DNA of 35,154 nucleotides from a virus. A program made the translations under genes and the position numbers. Location of the stretch: positions 1 to 35,154 of IMG/VR virus record IMGVR_UViG_3300033407_000076; one strand, written 5' to 3'. The notes beneath the pieces were generated by a model that worked only from the letters and a program-made list of their open reading frames with translations, had not been told where the DNA came from and did not search any database. Positions 16,588 through 23,620 of the stretch are shown here, one piece after another. Numbering within the stretch: position 1 is the first letter of the stretch; each line of letters opens with the position of its first letter.

Positions 16588-16788
16588 ATGTATCATGGGA
16601 GAAAGTTTTCAAAATTAATGGGGCTGGAGGTCATGCAAATGCACGTGCGCCTTCCTGCGTCAGAGCATTCATTTCTAAAAAAAGTTGCTCAAATTGAGGG
16701 CGTATCAATGAACCATGCGCTGATATTGATACTGGAGAATGAGAGAAAAAGGTATAACAAAAGATTTGCCACAAAGCGAGAAAAGTAG
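16588..16788 (+). CDS. Arc/Mnt-like ribbon-helix-helix repressor (66 aa)
   Basis: GGGGAGGG RBS. 'MHVRLPASEHSFLKKVAQIEGVSMNHALILILEN' parallels P22 Arc 'FNLRWPREVLDLVRKVAEENGRSVNSEIYQRVMES'. Confidence 0.6.
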   Translation: MYHGRKFSKLMGLEVMQMHVRLPASEHSFLKKVAQIEGVSMNHALILILENERKRYNKRFATKREK

Positions 16789-16868
16789 TACCATAGTTAT
16801 ATATAAAAAAGGCCAGCAGGCTGCAACCTTCTGACCTTGAAGTGTTCAAAACCGACTAAGGATAAAAC

Positions 16869-17048
16869 ATGAACAGCGCTAATATAGCGCACGATGATGT
16901 GCGCACGCAACAATCAATAAAAGAACAGGAAGTTATATTTTTAAAGGACGGAACTATTTTTTGCCCAGTGTGTGAATGTTTTCACCAAAACCACACATGG
17001 TGTCAGGCAAATTTTGATATTGATTGCGGAGGGGAAGGAGCCCTATGA
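16869..17048 (+). CDS. Small Cys-rich protein (59 aa)
   Basis: AAGGA RBS. 'CPVCECFHQNHTWC'. Its stop overlaps the next start as ATGA. Confidence 0.4.
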   Translation: MNSANIAHDDVRTQQSIKEQEVIFLKDGTIFCPVCECFHQNHTWCQANFDIDCGGEGAL

Positions 17049-17482
17049 CCACGAATAAATCTATCCAGATAAACAATCTGATCAATGATCTGGTCAGCTG
17101 GTATGCCACATCCAGCAATACTGACCGTCAGTTAAAACTTTATGTATCCGATATTCCTGAACAGGATTTAAACAATCTTGCTGGCCTGATTATTTCTCAG
17201 GATGACGACTACGCAGCAGAGTCAACCGGATTTGATAATGATGATTTTCAGCGCTCAATGCTTCCGGCACTTATAACCGCTTTGCGTGGCAAGAAAAACG
17301 GGTACACCTCTGAAGAATTCCGAGACATATGGACAAGCGGGGTTCGCTCTTACCTCATGCCAGTTATGCAAAAAATGATCGATGAAGTTATTGACGATCT
17401 GAATGGAGAGCAGGGATGCCATATAAAACTTGTGTGGGACAGGAAAGCCGAAAAAACCATGGAAATAAGATCCAGTACATAA
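17045..17482 (+). CDS. Acidic early protein, 145 aa, function unknown
   Basis: GGAGGGGAAGGAG RBS before ATG 17045. D/E-rich stretches, e.g. 'SQDDDYAAESTGFDNDDF'. Confidence 0.6.
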   Translation: MTTNKSIQINNLINDLVSWYATSSNTDRQLKLYVSDIPEQDLNNLAGLIISQDDDYAAESTGFDNDDFQRSMLPALITALRGKKNGYTSEEFRDIWTSGVRSYLMPVMQKMIDEVIDDLNGEQGCHIKLVWDRKAEKTMEIRSST

Positions 17483-17534
17483 AGAACACAATAGGAGTGA
17501 TTTTACTTTTTGGATGGATCTTATACATGCTTTG

Positions 17535-17565
17535 GGTAATGACTGGATAATGACTGGATAATGAG
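17535..17565. repeat. 11-bp tandem direct repeat (TAATGACTGGA x ~2.7)
   Basis: ggTAATGACTGGATAATGACTGGATAATGAgg, in the intergenic gap just upstream of the ATPase gene. Confidence 0.85.
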
Positions 17566-17572
17566 GTAACAA

Positions 17573-18421
17573 ATGGCACTAAGAGGCGTAAAACCTGAAA
17601 AGATTGAAAAGAGACTGAAAGCCTTTTTCTATGGGGCGGCAGGCGTTGGCAAGACAACTGCTGCAATCAGTTTTCCAAAAGTATACTTGATTGACACAGA
17701 GCGTGGCGCAGAAAACGCACAATACTCCGAATTGATTTCAAAAGGCGGAGGCGTGGTATTCCAGACGTCAGATTTTGATGAAATGGTCAAAGAAATCCGG
17801 GCGCTACTTTCTGAAAAGCATGATTTCAAAACATTGGTCATCGACCCTCTTACAATCGTATATAACGACCTTCTTGATCAGTCCGCACTAAAGGTGGGGA
17901 CAGAGTTTGGGCGCCACTATGGCGAAGCAAACAAGAAAATGAAAACGCTCCTCAATCTTTTGCTTAGGCTGGACATGAACGTCATCATTACAAGCCACGC
18001 AAAGAATGAGTACAGCGAAGGGATGAAAGTTATTGGCCAAACCTTTGATTGCTACAAAAAGCTGGATTACCTTTTTGACCTTGTTTTTGAGGTTGTAAAA
18101 AGAGGCAATGAAATAAAAGCTCTTGTGCGCAAATCCCGTGTTGAAGGATTCAAAGAGAGCGAGTTATTCCCGTTTTGTTACGATGAAATAGCAAAACGCT
18201 ATGGACGAGAAATTATTGAGCGTGACGCTGTTGCGCAGGAGCTTGCAAGCGAAGAAGATGTCGAACGCGCCAAAAAGCTGATTGGACTACTAAAGACTCC
18301 GGAAGAAACTGTCCACAAATGGCTTGAGAAGGCACAATCGTCGGCGCTTGAGGAAATGCCAAAGGGCGCAATCACCAAATGTATTGATTATATGCAGAAG
18401 CAAATAGGGGAAACGCAATAA
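17573..18421 (+). CDS. Sak4-like / AAA_24 RecA-fold ATPase (recombination)
   Basis: Walker A 'FYGAAGVGKTT' followed by 'VYLIDTERG'. Size ~280 aa. Followed by a DUF669-like gene, the usual pairing. Confidence 0.75.
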   Translation: MALRGVKPEKIEKRLKAFFYGAAGVGKTTAAISFPKVYLIDTERGAENAQYSELISKGGGVVFQTSDFDEMVKEIRALLSEKHDFKTLVIDPLTIVYNDLLDQSALKVGTEFGRHYGEANKKMKTLLNLLLRLDMNVIITSHAKNEYSEGMKVIGQTFDCYKKLDYLFDLVFEVVKRGNEIKALVRKSRVEGFKESELFPFCYDEIAKRYGREIIERDAVAQELASEEDVERAKKLIGLLKTPEETVHKWLEKAQSSALEEMPKGAITKCIDYMQKQIGETQ

Positions 18422-18909
18422 TGGAAGATTTCGGATATAAACCAATGTCAGAAGATGAAGCAACAGCACACAGGTTTCAAATGCTTGAGCCAGGGATATA
18501 TGATGCAACGATAGAGTCATATGAGGGTAAAATGGCCAGCACTGGCAATCGAATGGTTGTATTTACAGTCAGGGTCTACGACAAAAACAGCCATCACCAC
18601 GACCTAAAAGACTACATGACGTTTACTGACTCGATGACATGGAAGCTACGCCACCACTGCATTGCGGCCGGCCTTGTATCAGAATTTGAGAGTGGGACCT
18701 GGCATCCCAAAATGTCAGTCGGCAAAAACTTACGCGTTAAAGTCGTCATCGATAAGGGTAAAGAAATACCTGTCAACAAACTAAACGGAAAGCCACCTGG
18801 TAGCACATATCATGATCGCAACATGATTGATGATTACATTTCAGATGGCTCGACAGTTGCGCAGGTAACTGAAATTGATAATAATTTTAATGACGAAATA
18901 CCATTTTAA
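18421..18909 (+). CDS. DUF669-like ssDNA-binding protein with SSB-type acidic C-terminal tip
   Basis: TAATG coupling to the ATPase gene. 'LEPGIYDATIESYEGKMASTGNRMVVFTVRV'. C-terminus '...NNFNDEIPF' resembles the bacterial SSB tip DDDIPF. Confidence 0.65.
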   Translation: MEDFGYKPMSEDEATAHRFQMLEPGIYDATIESYEGKMASTGNRMVVFTVRVYDKNSHHHDLKDYMTFTDSMTWKLRHHCIAAGLVSEFESGTWHPKMSVGKNLRVKVVIDKGKEIPVNKLNGKPPGSTYHDRNMIDDYISDGSTVAQVTEIDNNFNDEIPF

Positions 18910-18930
18910 CTGGTATCATAAAAATTTTGG

Positions 18931-19104
18931 ATGATGTCGATGGATACGATTATCGAAGCACTGGCGCTGCTGGATATGGCGTCCTCCGATATTTTGGCGG
19001 TCAAATCAAATGATGCTTTGGCAAAAATATATGTGGCTCAAAAGATATTAAGGGAAATATACAGTGACATTGAAAGCGAATTATGTAAAGAATGTGATCA
19101 ATGA
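18931..19104 (+). CDS. Hypothetical small protein (57 aa)
   Basis: ORF fills the gap. No clear RBS. Confidence 0.3.
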   Translation: MMSMDTIIEALALLDMASSDILAVKSNDALAKIYVAQKILREIYSDIESELCKECDQ

Positions 19105-19240
19105 TCTGGTAAAAAGAAAACAAAACTGTGATGTGGAAAAAATAAAGTGTCAGTCTCTTGCAGATGGTTATGACAGAGAATCAAAAGAACTTGAAAAAAT
19201 AATTGATATTCTTACACAGAAATTTTTAACTGAAAATTAA
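19064..19240 (+). CDS. Hypothetical small protein (58 aa, GTG start)
   Basis: AAGGGA lies 8 nt upstream of GTG 19064. Coiled-coil-like sequence. Overlaps the previous ORF by 41 nt. Confidence 0.3.
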   Translation: MTLKANYVKNVINDLVKRKQNCDVEKIKCQSLADGYDRESKELEKIIDILTQKFLTEN

Positions 19241-19254
19241 AAAGGGCAATGAGA

Positions 19255-19689
19255 ATGGCAAAACAAAAAAAACATGAATTAAATCTTGATGACTGGGTAG
19301 AGGTGAAAAAAAAAACGAGAATTTCAAAATCAGACCCACATAAAATACGTGTAGGGGTCACGAAACCAAATACGAAAACAAGTAAATCGTCTCATATGAT
19401 TATCCATATACATAATGAAATGATTGATAGGCTGAATCTTCCTGCAGACAAAAAAATAAATTTTTTATGTCATAAAGATAATCCATTAAGGATTTTATTG
19501 TTTAGATCACCAACAGGAAATAAACTTATAACTCCCAGAAACTCTTGTATGTCAAGAGTTGTTTTTTCAGTTAATCGTGATGTTTTCCCTATATCAGAAA
19601 ATATAATCAGCGTGGAACCTATTTTCCATGCCAAAAATAAAAACAGTTCTGCAATGCTGGAGCTGGATATCAGCGGTTTATATGAATAA
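19255..19689 (+). CDS. Hypothetical protein, ~144 aa, in a markedly AT-rich segment
   Basis: AAGGG RBS. Lys/Asn/Ile-rich. No motif recognised. Confidence 0.55.
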   Translation: MAKQKKHELNLDDWVEVKKKTRISKSDPHKIRVGVTKPNTKTSKSSHMIIHIHNEMIDRLNLPADKKINFLCHKDNPLRILLFRSPTGNKLITPRNSCMSRVVFSVNRDVFPISENIISVEPIFHAKNKNSSAMLELDISGLYE

Positions 19690-19908
19690 TAAAGGCGTAT
19701 ACTTTTCCGGTGACGGTAAGGGCGACTACAAGACAATAGGGCCACCATTTACGGCAGTCGCGGCGTTGACAGCGAAACGCAGGTAAGGTTATTAAGGGCT
19801 TGATAGGTTCCCCTGAAATAAATTAACCGCCGCCCTAAGCCTTCTCGGGCTAGCTTGTGCAATTCAGGCCGATTGCCAATTTTTAATTTATTGTGCTTAG
19901 GATAGAAA
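19690..19908 (+). other. 219-nt non-coding, comparatively GC-rich segment with several possible helices (candidate structured RNA or cis element)
   Basis: No credible ORF on either strand. Complementary pairs: GCGACT/AGTCGC (19722/19755), GCGTT/AACGC (19762/19775), GCGGCG/CGCCGC (19758/19828), AGCC..GGCT (19838/19848). Confidence 0.35.
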
Positions 19909-20214
19909 ATGAGTGAATGGATAAGCGTTAAAGAACATCTGCCTAAAATAAGCATATACGCACCTCCTGTGGTAGTTATTTATAACTCCATATGCCAACA
20001 TTGCCAAAATCCATCCACTGATGACAAATGTAAACTAGGGATTGCATGGCTTCTTGATATTGAAGAAGGCCTTCCAATGTGGGGATTAGTAGACCCTCAT
20101 TCCGATATTAATATATATGAAATAGATAAAATTGATGATGGTAATTCCAAAATTGAAATAAACGTAACGCATTGGATGCCAGTGCCGGATGCGCCAGAGG
20201 TGATATATGAGTGA
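19909..20214 (+). CDS. DUF551-domain protein (101 aa)
   Basis: 'WISVKEHLPK' ... 'VTHWMPVPDAPE', the typical DUF551 start and end motifs. Confidence 0.7.
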   Translation: MSEWISVKEHLPKISIYAPPVVVIYNSICQHCQNPSTDDKCKLGIAWLLDIEEGLPMWGLVDPHSDINIYEIDKIDDGNSKIEINVTHWMPVPDAPEVIYE

Positions 20215-20395
20215 CATTACAAAAAATTGCCCATTCTGCGGATCTTTTACGGGAATCATTATTCATGATGCAAGAAACAGATTTGAGTCATATCAGCCCG
20301 TCTGCATGAATGAAGAATGCAGAGCGCAGATGCCAGAATTTCATGACGCAAAACTGGCAGTTGAGGCGTGGAACAGGAGAGTGAGCGATAAGTGA
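20207..20395 (+). CDS. lar: Lar-family restriction alleviation protein (62 aa)
   Basis: 'CPFCGS' ... 'C..EECRAQ' ... 'AVEAWNRR', the same pattern as Rac Lar (CPFCG ... C..C ... A...WN.R). Confidence 0.7.
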   Translation: MSDITKNCPFCGSFTGIIIHDARNRFESYQPVCMNEECRAQMPEFHDAKLAVEAWNRRVSDK

Positions 20396-20414
20396 AATCA
20401 GATTTGCCGAAGGT

Positions 20415-20561
20415 ATGCTGGTGGGTTTAAAGCTGGCATTAAAAATATTTATGGATTCTGACGAGGATTGTGAGACACACGTTTTGAAGGGCGCAATTGC
20501 CGCGCAGGAAATGTTTATTGAAGAATTGAAAAAGAATATCAATGAGGTTAGCGGTGAGTGA
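20415..20561 (+). CDS. Hypothetical small protein (48 aa); open frame continues past an in-frame TGA to 20699
   Basis: ATG 20415. See the finding on the in-frame TGA. Confidence 0.3.
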   Translation: MLVGLKLALKIFMDSDEDCETHVLKGAIAAQEMFIEELKKNINEVSGE

Positions 20562-20695
20562 CATTCCAATGACAGACAAAGACTATTGGATTATTACGAA
20601 AAATACAAAAAATATCAGGCCGGTGTTATTAATCATACTTTGAGTCTTGAGGATTTATTACGATTGATCTACTTGATCCGTGGGGATGGTGAGCG

Positions 20696-20833
20696 ATGAA
20701 TGACAATTTAGTGGGCTGTATGTTGGTTGCAGGGATAATGTTTATTATCATGACGGGAATTGTATGCGGGACAGTTTATAATCTTGCGACATATAAAATT
20801 GATCAGGCTGTTTCAACCGCCCATAAAGGTTAG
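20696..20833 (+). CDS. Small membrane protein (45 aa)
   Basis: ATGA overlap with the upstream frame. 'GCMLVAGIMFIIMTGIVCGTV' is a TM segment. Confidence 0.45.
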   Translation: MNDNLVGCMLVAGIMFIIMTGIVCGTVYNLATYKIDQAVSTAHKG

Positions 20834-20835
20834 CA

Positions 20836-21021
20836 GTGAGTGACTTCTGCGAGATTCCATTTTGTTCTAGCAAGAACTGTGGGATAAAAGATAAGCACCG
20901 TCATTTTGAGGATGGAATGATCCAGTTTGTATGGGTCAGTCCAGATATACGGCCTGAGTCAGGTAAAATAAAGATCACGTCATTTAATGTACAAATTTCA
21001 GATGATGAGCAAAAACCCTGA
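20836..21021 (+). CDS. Hypothetical protein (61 aa, GTG start)
   Basis: Track ORF. Starts 3 nt after the previous stop. Confidence 0.4.
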   Translation: MSDFCEIPFCSSKNCGIKDKHRHFEDGMIQFVWVSPDIRPESGKIKITSFNVQISDDEQKP

Positions 21022-21154
21022 AAAATCGCTGATTTTATTTGACCACTCTTAGGCGTGATAGTGAAACCTATCAGTCTTTTTTCACCGGGACCACCCCAAA
21101 TCCCGAAAGGGGATGAAATTTTACAGTGATAACTGAGAATGTAAAGAGGAAAAA

Positions 21155-21460
21155 ATGACAATAGTAATCCATGAAATGAACGAGCAAGACCTTCAAGATT
21201 TGATGGTCGAACATGAATTAGGCGCTAACGTATTAGATTTTAGGGATGCTGATGCACTGTGGGATTTTCGTTATCATGCGGCGGAAGGAATGGTCAGATT
21301 TGGCGGTTCTTTTATGAGTGCTTTGGGTCATGCGTTAATGCACTCTGACTTAAAAAATACCATAAAAATAATGACACAATGGAAATATGAATGTCTTGAA
21401 CATGCAGAATTGCATCGAAAATTTATAAAACAACGTGATAAACCACGAATGGACGATTGA
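21155..21460 (+). CDS. Hypothetical protein (101 aa)
   Basis: AGAGGA RBS. 'GGSFMSALGHALMHSDLKN' resembles a recurrent small phage protein motif (GG.F...L..A...AD..N) of unknown function. Confidence 0.55.
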   Translation: MTIVIHEMNEQDLQDLMVEHELGANVLDFRDADALWDFRYHAAEGMVRFGGSFMSALGHALMHSDLKNTIKIMTQWKYECLEHAELHRKFIKQRDKPRMDD

Positions 21461-21463
21461 CGG

Positions 21464-21637
21464 ATGATACAAGAAATAAAACTATCAGACGTTTCCTTGC
21501 TTTTGGGAATGTGTGTCGGGCTTTTAGGAAGTGCTTTGCAGATTATTCCAGAATCAGATGACAAAAAAGAAATCAAAGAAAAATTTGATGAAATTCAACA
21601 AATGATAAATAAAATATACTATCAGGATTACAAATGA
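21464..21637 (+). CDS. Small membrane protein (57 aa)
   Basis: 'LLLGMCVGLLGSALQII' is a TM segment. Its stop overlaps the next ATG as ATGA. Confidence 0.4.
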   Translation: MIQEIKLSDVSLLLGMCVGLLGSALQIIPESDDKKEIKEKFDEIQQMINKIYYQDYK

Positions 21638-22002
21638 CAGAATGCCCCCGCTGCGGCAAGCAAAACCCTGCTGAATTGCACACATGCACACCAGAATTTC
21701 ATCGGCAATCATATTTGATTGGCTTTGCAGATGGCGCTGAAAAACTTACGCATTGGATCAAGTGCAGTGATAGGCTGCCGGACACTGAGGAGTATGTTTT
21801 GACGTACTGCGACAACGGTTATCCGAAGATTATTAAAGATGCGCTGTCGCAAACCTCAAAGCAATGGCTTGTGGCTTCGTCGACTAGACAGCCATCACAC
21901 TGGATGCCATTACCATCCCCGCCTGTTTACCGTGTTAGTGACTCCTCAAAAAATGGCATGGATCCATACGCTGGCACAATTAAAAATGTGCCAAATAAAT
22001 GA
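21634..22002 (+). CDS. Zn-ribbon + DUF551-domain protein (122 aa), second DUF551 paralogue
   Basis: 'CPRCG...HTC' followed by 'WIKCSDRLPD' ... 'SHWMPLPSPP'. Confidence 0.65.
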   Translation: MTECPRCGKQNPAELHTCTPEFHRQSYLIGFADGAEKLTHWIKCSDRLPDTEEYVLTYCDNGYPKIIKDALSQTSKQWLVASSTRQPSHWMPLPSPPVYRVSDSSKNGMDPYAGTIKNVPNK

Positions 22003-22022
22003 TACAATGCGCTGTAACAACA

Positions 22023-22064
22023 CCCGCTACGCATCTTAACAATGCGAACCAGAGCGGGTTTTTT
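22023..22064 (+). terminator. Intrinsic terminator (compound hairpin + T6)
   Basis: CCCGCT (22023..22028) pairs with AGCGGG (22053..22058). An inner CGCAT/ATGCG helix lies between them. TTTTTT follows at 22059..22064. Confidence 0.55.
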
Positions 22065-22080
22065 AATTGAGATATGCAAA

Positions 22081-22269
22081 ATGAACCCTTTTGAAAACAA
22101 ACATCTTGTTGATTTAATAACAAAATCCATGACAATTGAGAGAAAATTAAAACAGGGGGGCTTGTGTGGCGATGATATAATGGTGCTGCTTAATGAAAAA
22201 CATGAAGCGGATCAAAAGGCTATGGCGCTTTTTTTAAAGCTCTATACTGAACATAAAAAAAACATATAA
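22081..22269 (+). CDS. Hypothetical protein (62 aa)
   Basis: Track ORF 22042..22269, trimmed to ATG 22081 because the terminator hairpin occupies 22023..22064. Confidence 0.4.
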   Translation: MNPFENKHLVDLITKSMTIERKLKQGGLCGDDIMVLLNEKHEADQKAMALFLKLYTEHKKNI

Positions 22270-22408
22270 AAATGGAGCAGCCCGAGTCTTAAATTTTTAG
22301 GAAGCAGTGACGTTTCATGCCTGCAATATTAAGTATCTCGGACTGCACGCTAAAGGATATCATCGAATAATACTGAATGCAAAAACAGACAAAATATAAT
22401 TTAAAAAA

Positions 22409-22603
22409 TCAGGAATTCTGTTGGAGAGAATTTTTCCTTTCTGGCAATGGATGTCGATGATCTTCTTGACAAGAAACCTGTAAATTACTGAAAAACACGT
22501 TCCGGTTTGGATTGGGCAATGTTTTTGCTATTCTCTCTGAATATGGAACAACAAATCCATCACAATCAGAAATTAAAAATAATCCAATTTTTTTGTTTTT
22601 CAT
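22409..22603 (-). CDS. Small ORF (64 aa), last gene of the secreted-protein operon
   Basis: ATG 22603 overlaps the upstream TGA as ATGA. 'MKNKKIGLFLISDC...' has a hydrophobic N-terminus. Confidence 0.35.
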   Translation of the reverse strand: MKNKKIGLFLISDCDGFVVPYSERIAKTLPNPNRNVFFSNLQVSCQEDHRHPLPERKNSLQQNS

Positions 22604-23109
22604 CGCGCGGTAATTATTCCGGATCCAGTATTGTCTGTCATTTCCCCGTCCATTTCTGTATGTGTTGTCGCCAATGTCGGTATCTGCCCGCGAACATTTG
22701 GCCTTATCCACATTTGAAGATATTTTGTTATGCAAAGTCCCTGTCCGCCGCCAACAGTAATAACTCCATAGTTTTTAACCTGCTGACCCACTATCTCCAG
22801 CATTACAGAATACTTTCCAGCAACTGTGGCCACATATGCGTTGTAAAAACAGGCTTTATGTTGGCTAATCGCAACATCCCATTCTCCTGTCCTCATATTC
22901 CGACTCGGTGCTATCGCTGACCCACTCATTGAACTCGTCATCACTGCCTTGAAGGAATTTTTTTTTTCATCATCAGACAGATTCCATGTTTCTATATTTG
23001 TCCTTACTACACCGCCTTTTGTTCCTTGACTGACATAGGTCGTGTCGTTTGCATTGGCGCCGGATGCAATAAAAAAAGCTGCCAGCAATGGCACTGTTTT
23101 TTTAATCAT
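22600..23109 (-). CDS. Secreted protein, paralogue B (169 aa), unknown family
   Basis: Signal peptide 'MIKKTVPLLAAFFIASGANA|ND'. Shares motifs with 23112..23618. Confidence 0.65.
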   Translation of the reverse strand: MIKKTVPLLAAFFIASGANANDTTYVSQGTKGGVVRTNIETWNLSDDEKKNSFKAVMTSSMSGSAIAPSRNMRTGEWDVAISQHKACFYNAYVATVAGKYSVMLEIVGQQVKNYGVITVGGGQGLCITKYLQMWIRPNVRGQIPTLATTHTEMDGEMTDNTGSGIITAR

Positions 23110-23111
23110 TT

Positions 23112-23618
23112 TTAGCTCACTGTAATGATTGCATTTGAGCGTGACATCTTTGTACCGGCCATCTGCGTACTGCCCGATGTGGATGCTGAGTACATATAAT
23201 TGCCCGCAGACGGAAAAGATACTTGCATATAGGTTCCATGGCTAATACATGTACGCTTGTGTGCCGGGATAACGATATGTTCAGAGATTTTTGTCTGCTT
23301 CCCCCCAACATCAAGAACCATCATGTAATTAGCCTCAGTGGTGAACCATGTATCAAAACAGACTAAATGATGACCACGCGCCATAACCGGGGAATTTACG
23401 CTAGCATGAACGTTGTCTGCATAGGCTATTACATCGGCTGTGGCTGTTGCTCTAACGCCATGAAATGGGTTGTTTGGCAGATCATAGGTTTCAATGTGGG
23501 TCGAGGTTATTCCGCCCTGCATTCCGGGAGGAACAACAACAATAGGGGCGGAAATTGCCGGACATGCGACAGCGACACCTGCGACAATCTGCATAAAATT
23601 TAAACTATATTTATTCAT
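23112..23618 (-). CDS. Secreted or membrane-anchored protein, paralogue A (168 aa), unknown family
   Basis: Hydrophobic N-terminus 'FMQIVAGVAVACPAISAP'. Shares GG[IV]..T.IET..L, H..CF, two Cys and IIT-x-x C-terminus with 22600..23109. Confidence 0.65.
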   Translation of the reverse strand: MNKYSLNFMQIVAGVAVACPAISAPIVVVPPGMQGGITSTHIETYDLPNNPFHGVRATATADVIAYADNVHASVNSPVMARGHHLVCFDTWFTTEANYMMVLDVGGKQTKISEHIVIPAHKRTCISHGTYMQVSFPSAGNYMYSASTSGSTQMAGTKMSRSNAIITVS

Positions 23619-23620
23619 AT

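Noticed and set aside
19470-19955. Minus-strand ORFs of 92 and 68 aa across the non-coding island
   Set aside because: They have no RBS and are antisense to neighbouring plus-strand genes at both ends. No other minus-strand genes lie in this block.
19909-20845. Recurrent gene-start string (A/G)TGAGTGAC(A/T)T at 20207, 20554 and 20836 (ATGAGTGAA at 19909) as a possible recombination linker or regulatory box
   Set aside because: The shared part is only 9-13 nt. It may simply reflect an RBS-like GGTGA plus Met-Ser-Asp/Glu codons. That is too short to separate from chance without comparative data.
22409-22920. Long version of the 108-aa minus ORF (to 22735) and the 137-aa plus ORF (22507..22920)
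   Set aside because: The upstream 44 codons of the 108-aa ORF overlap the 3' end of the 169-aa secreted-protein gene in another frame. I kept only the part from the ATGA-coupled ATG 22603, at low confidence. The plus-strand ORF is antisense to the secreted-protein gene.
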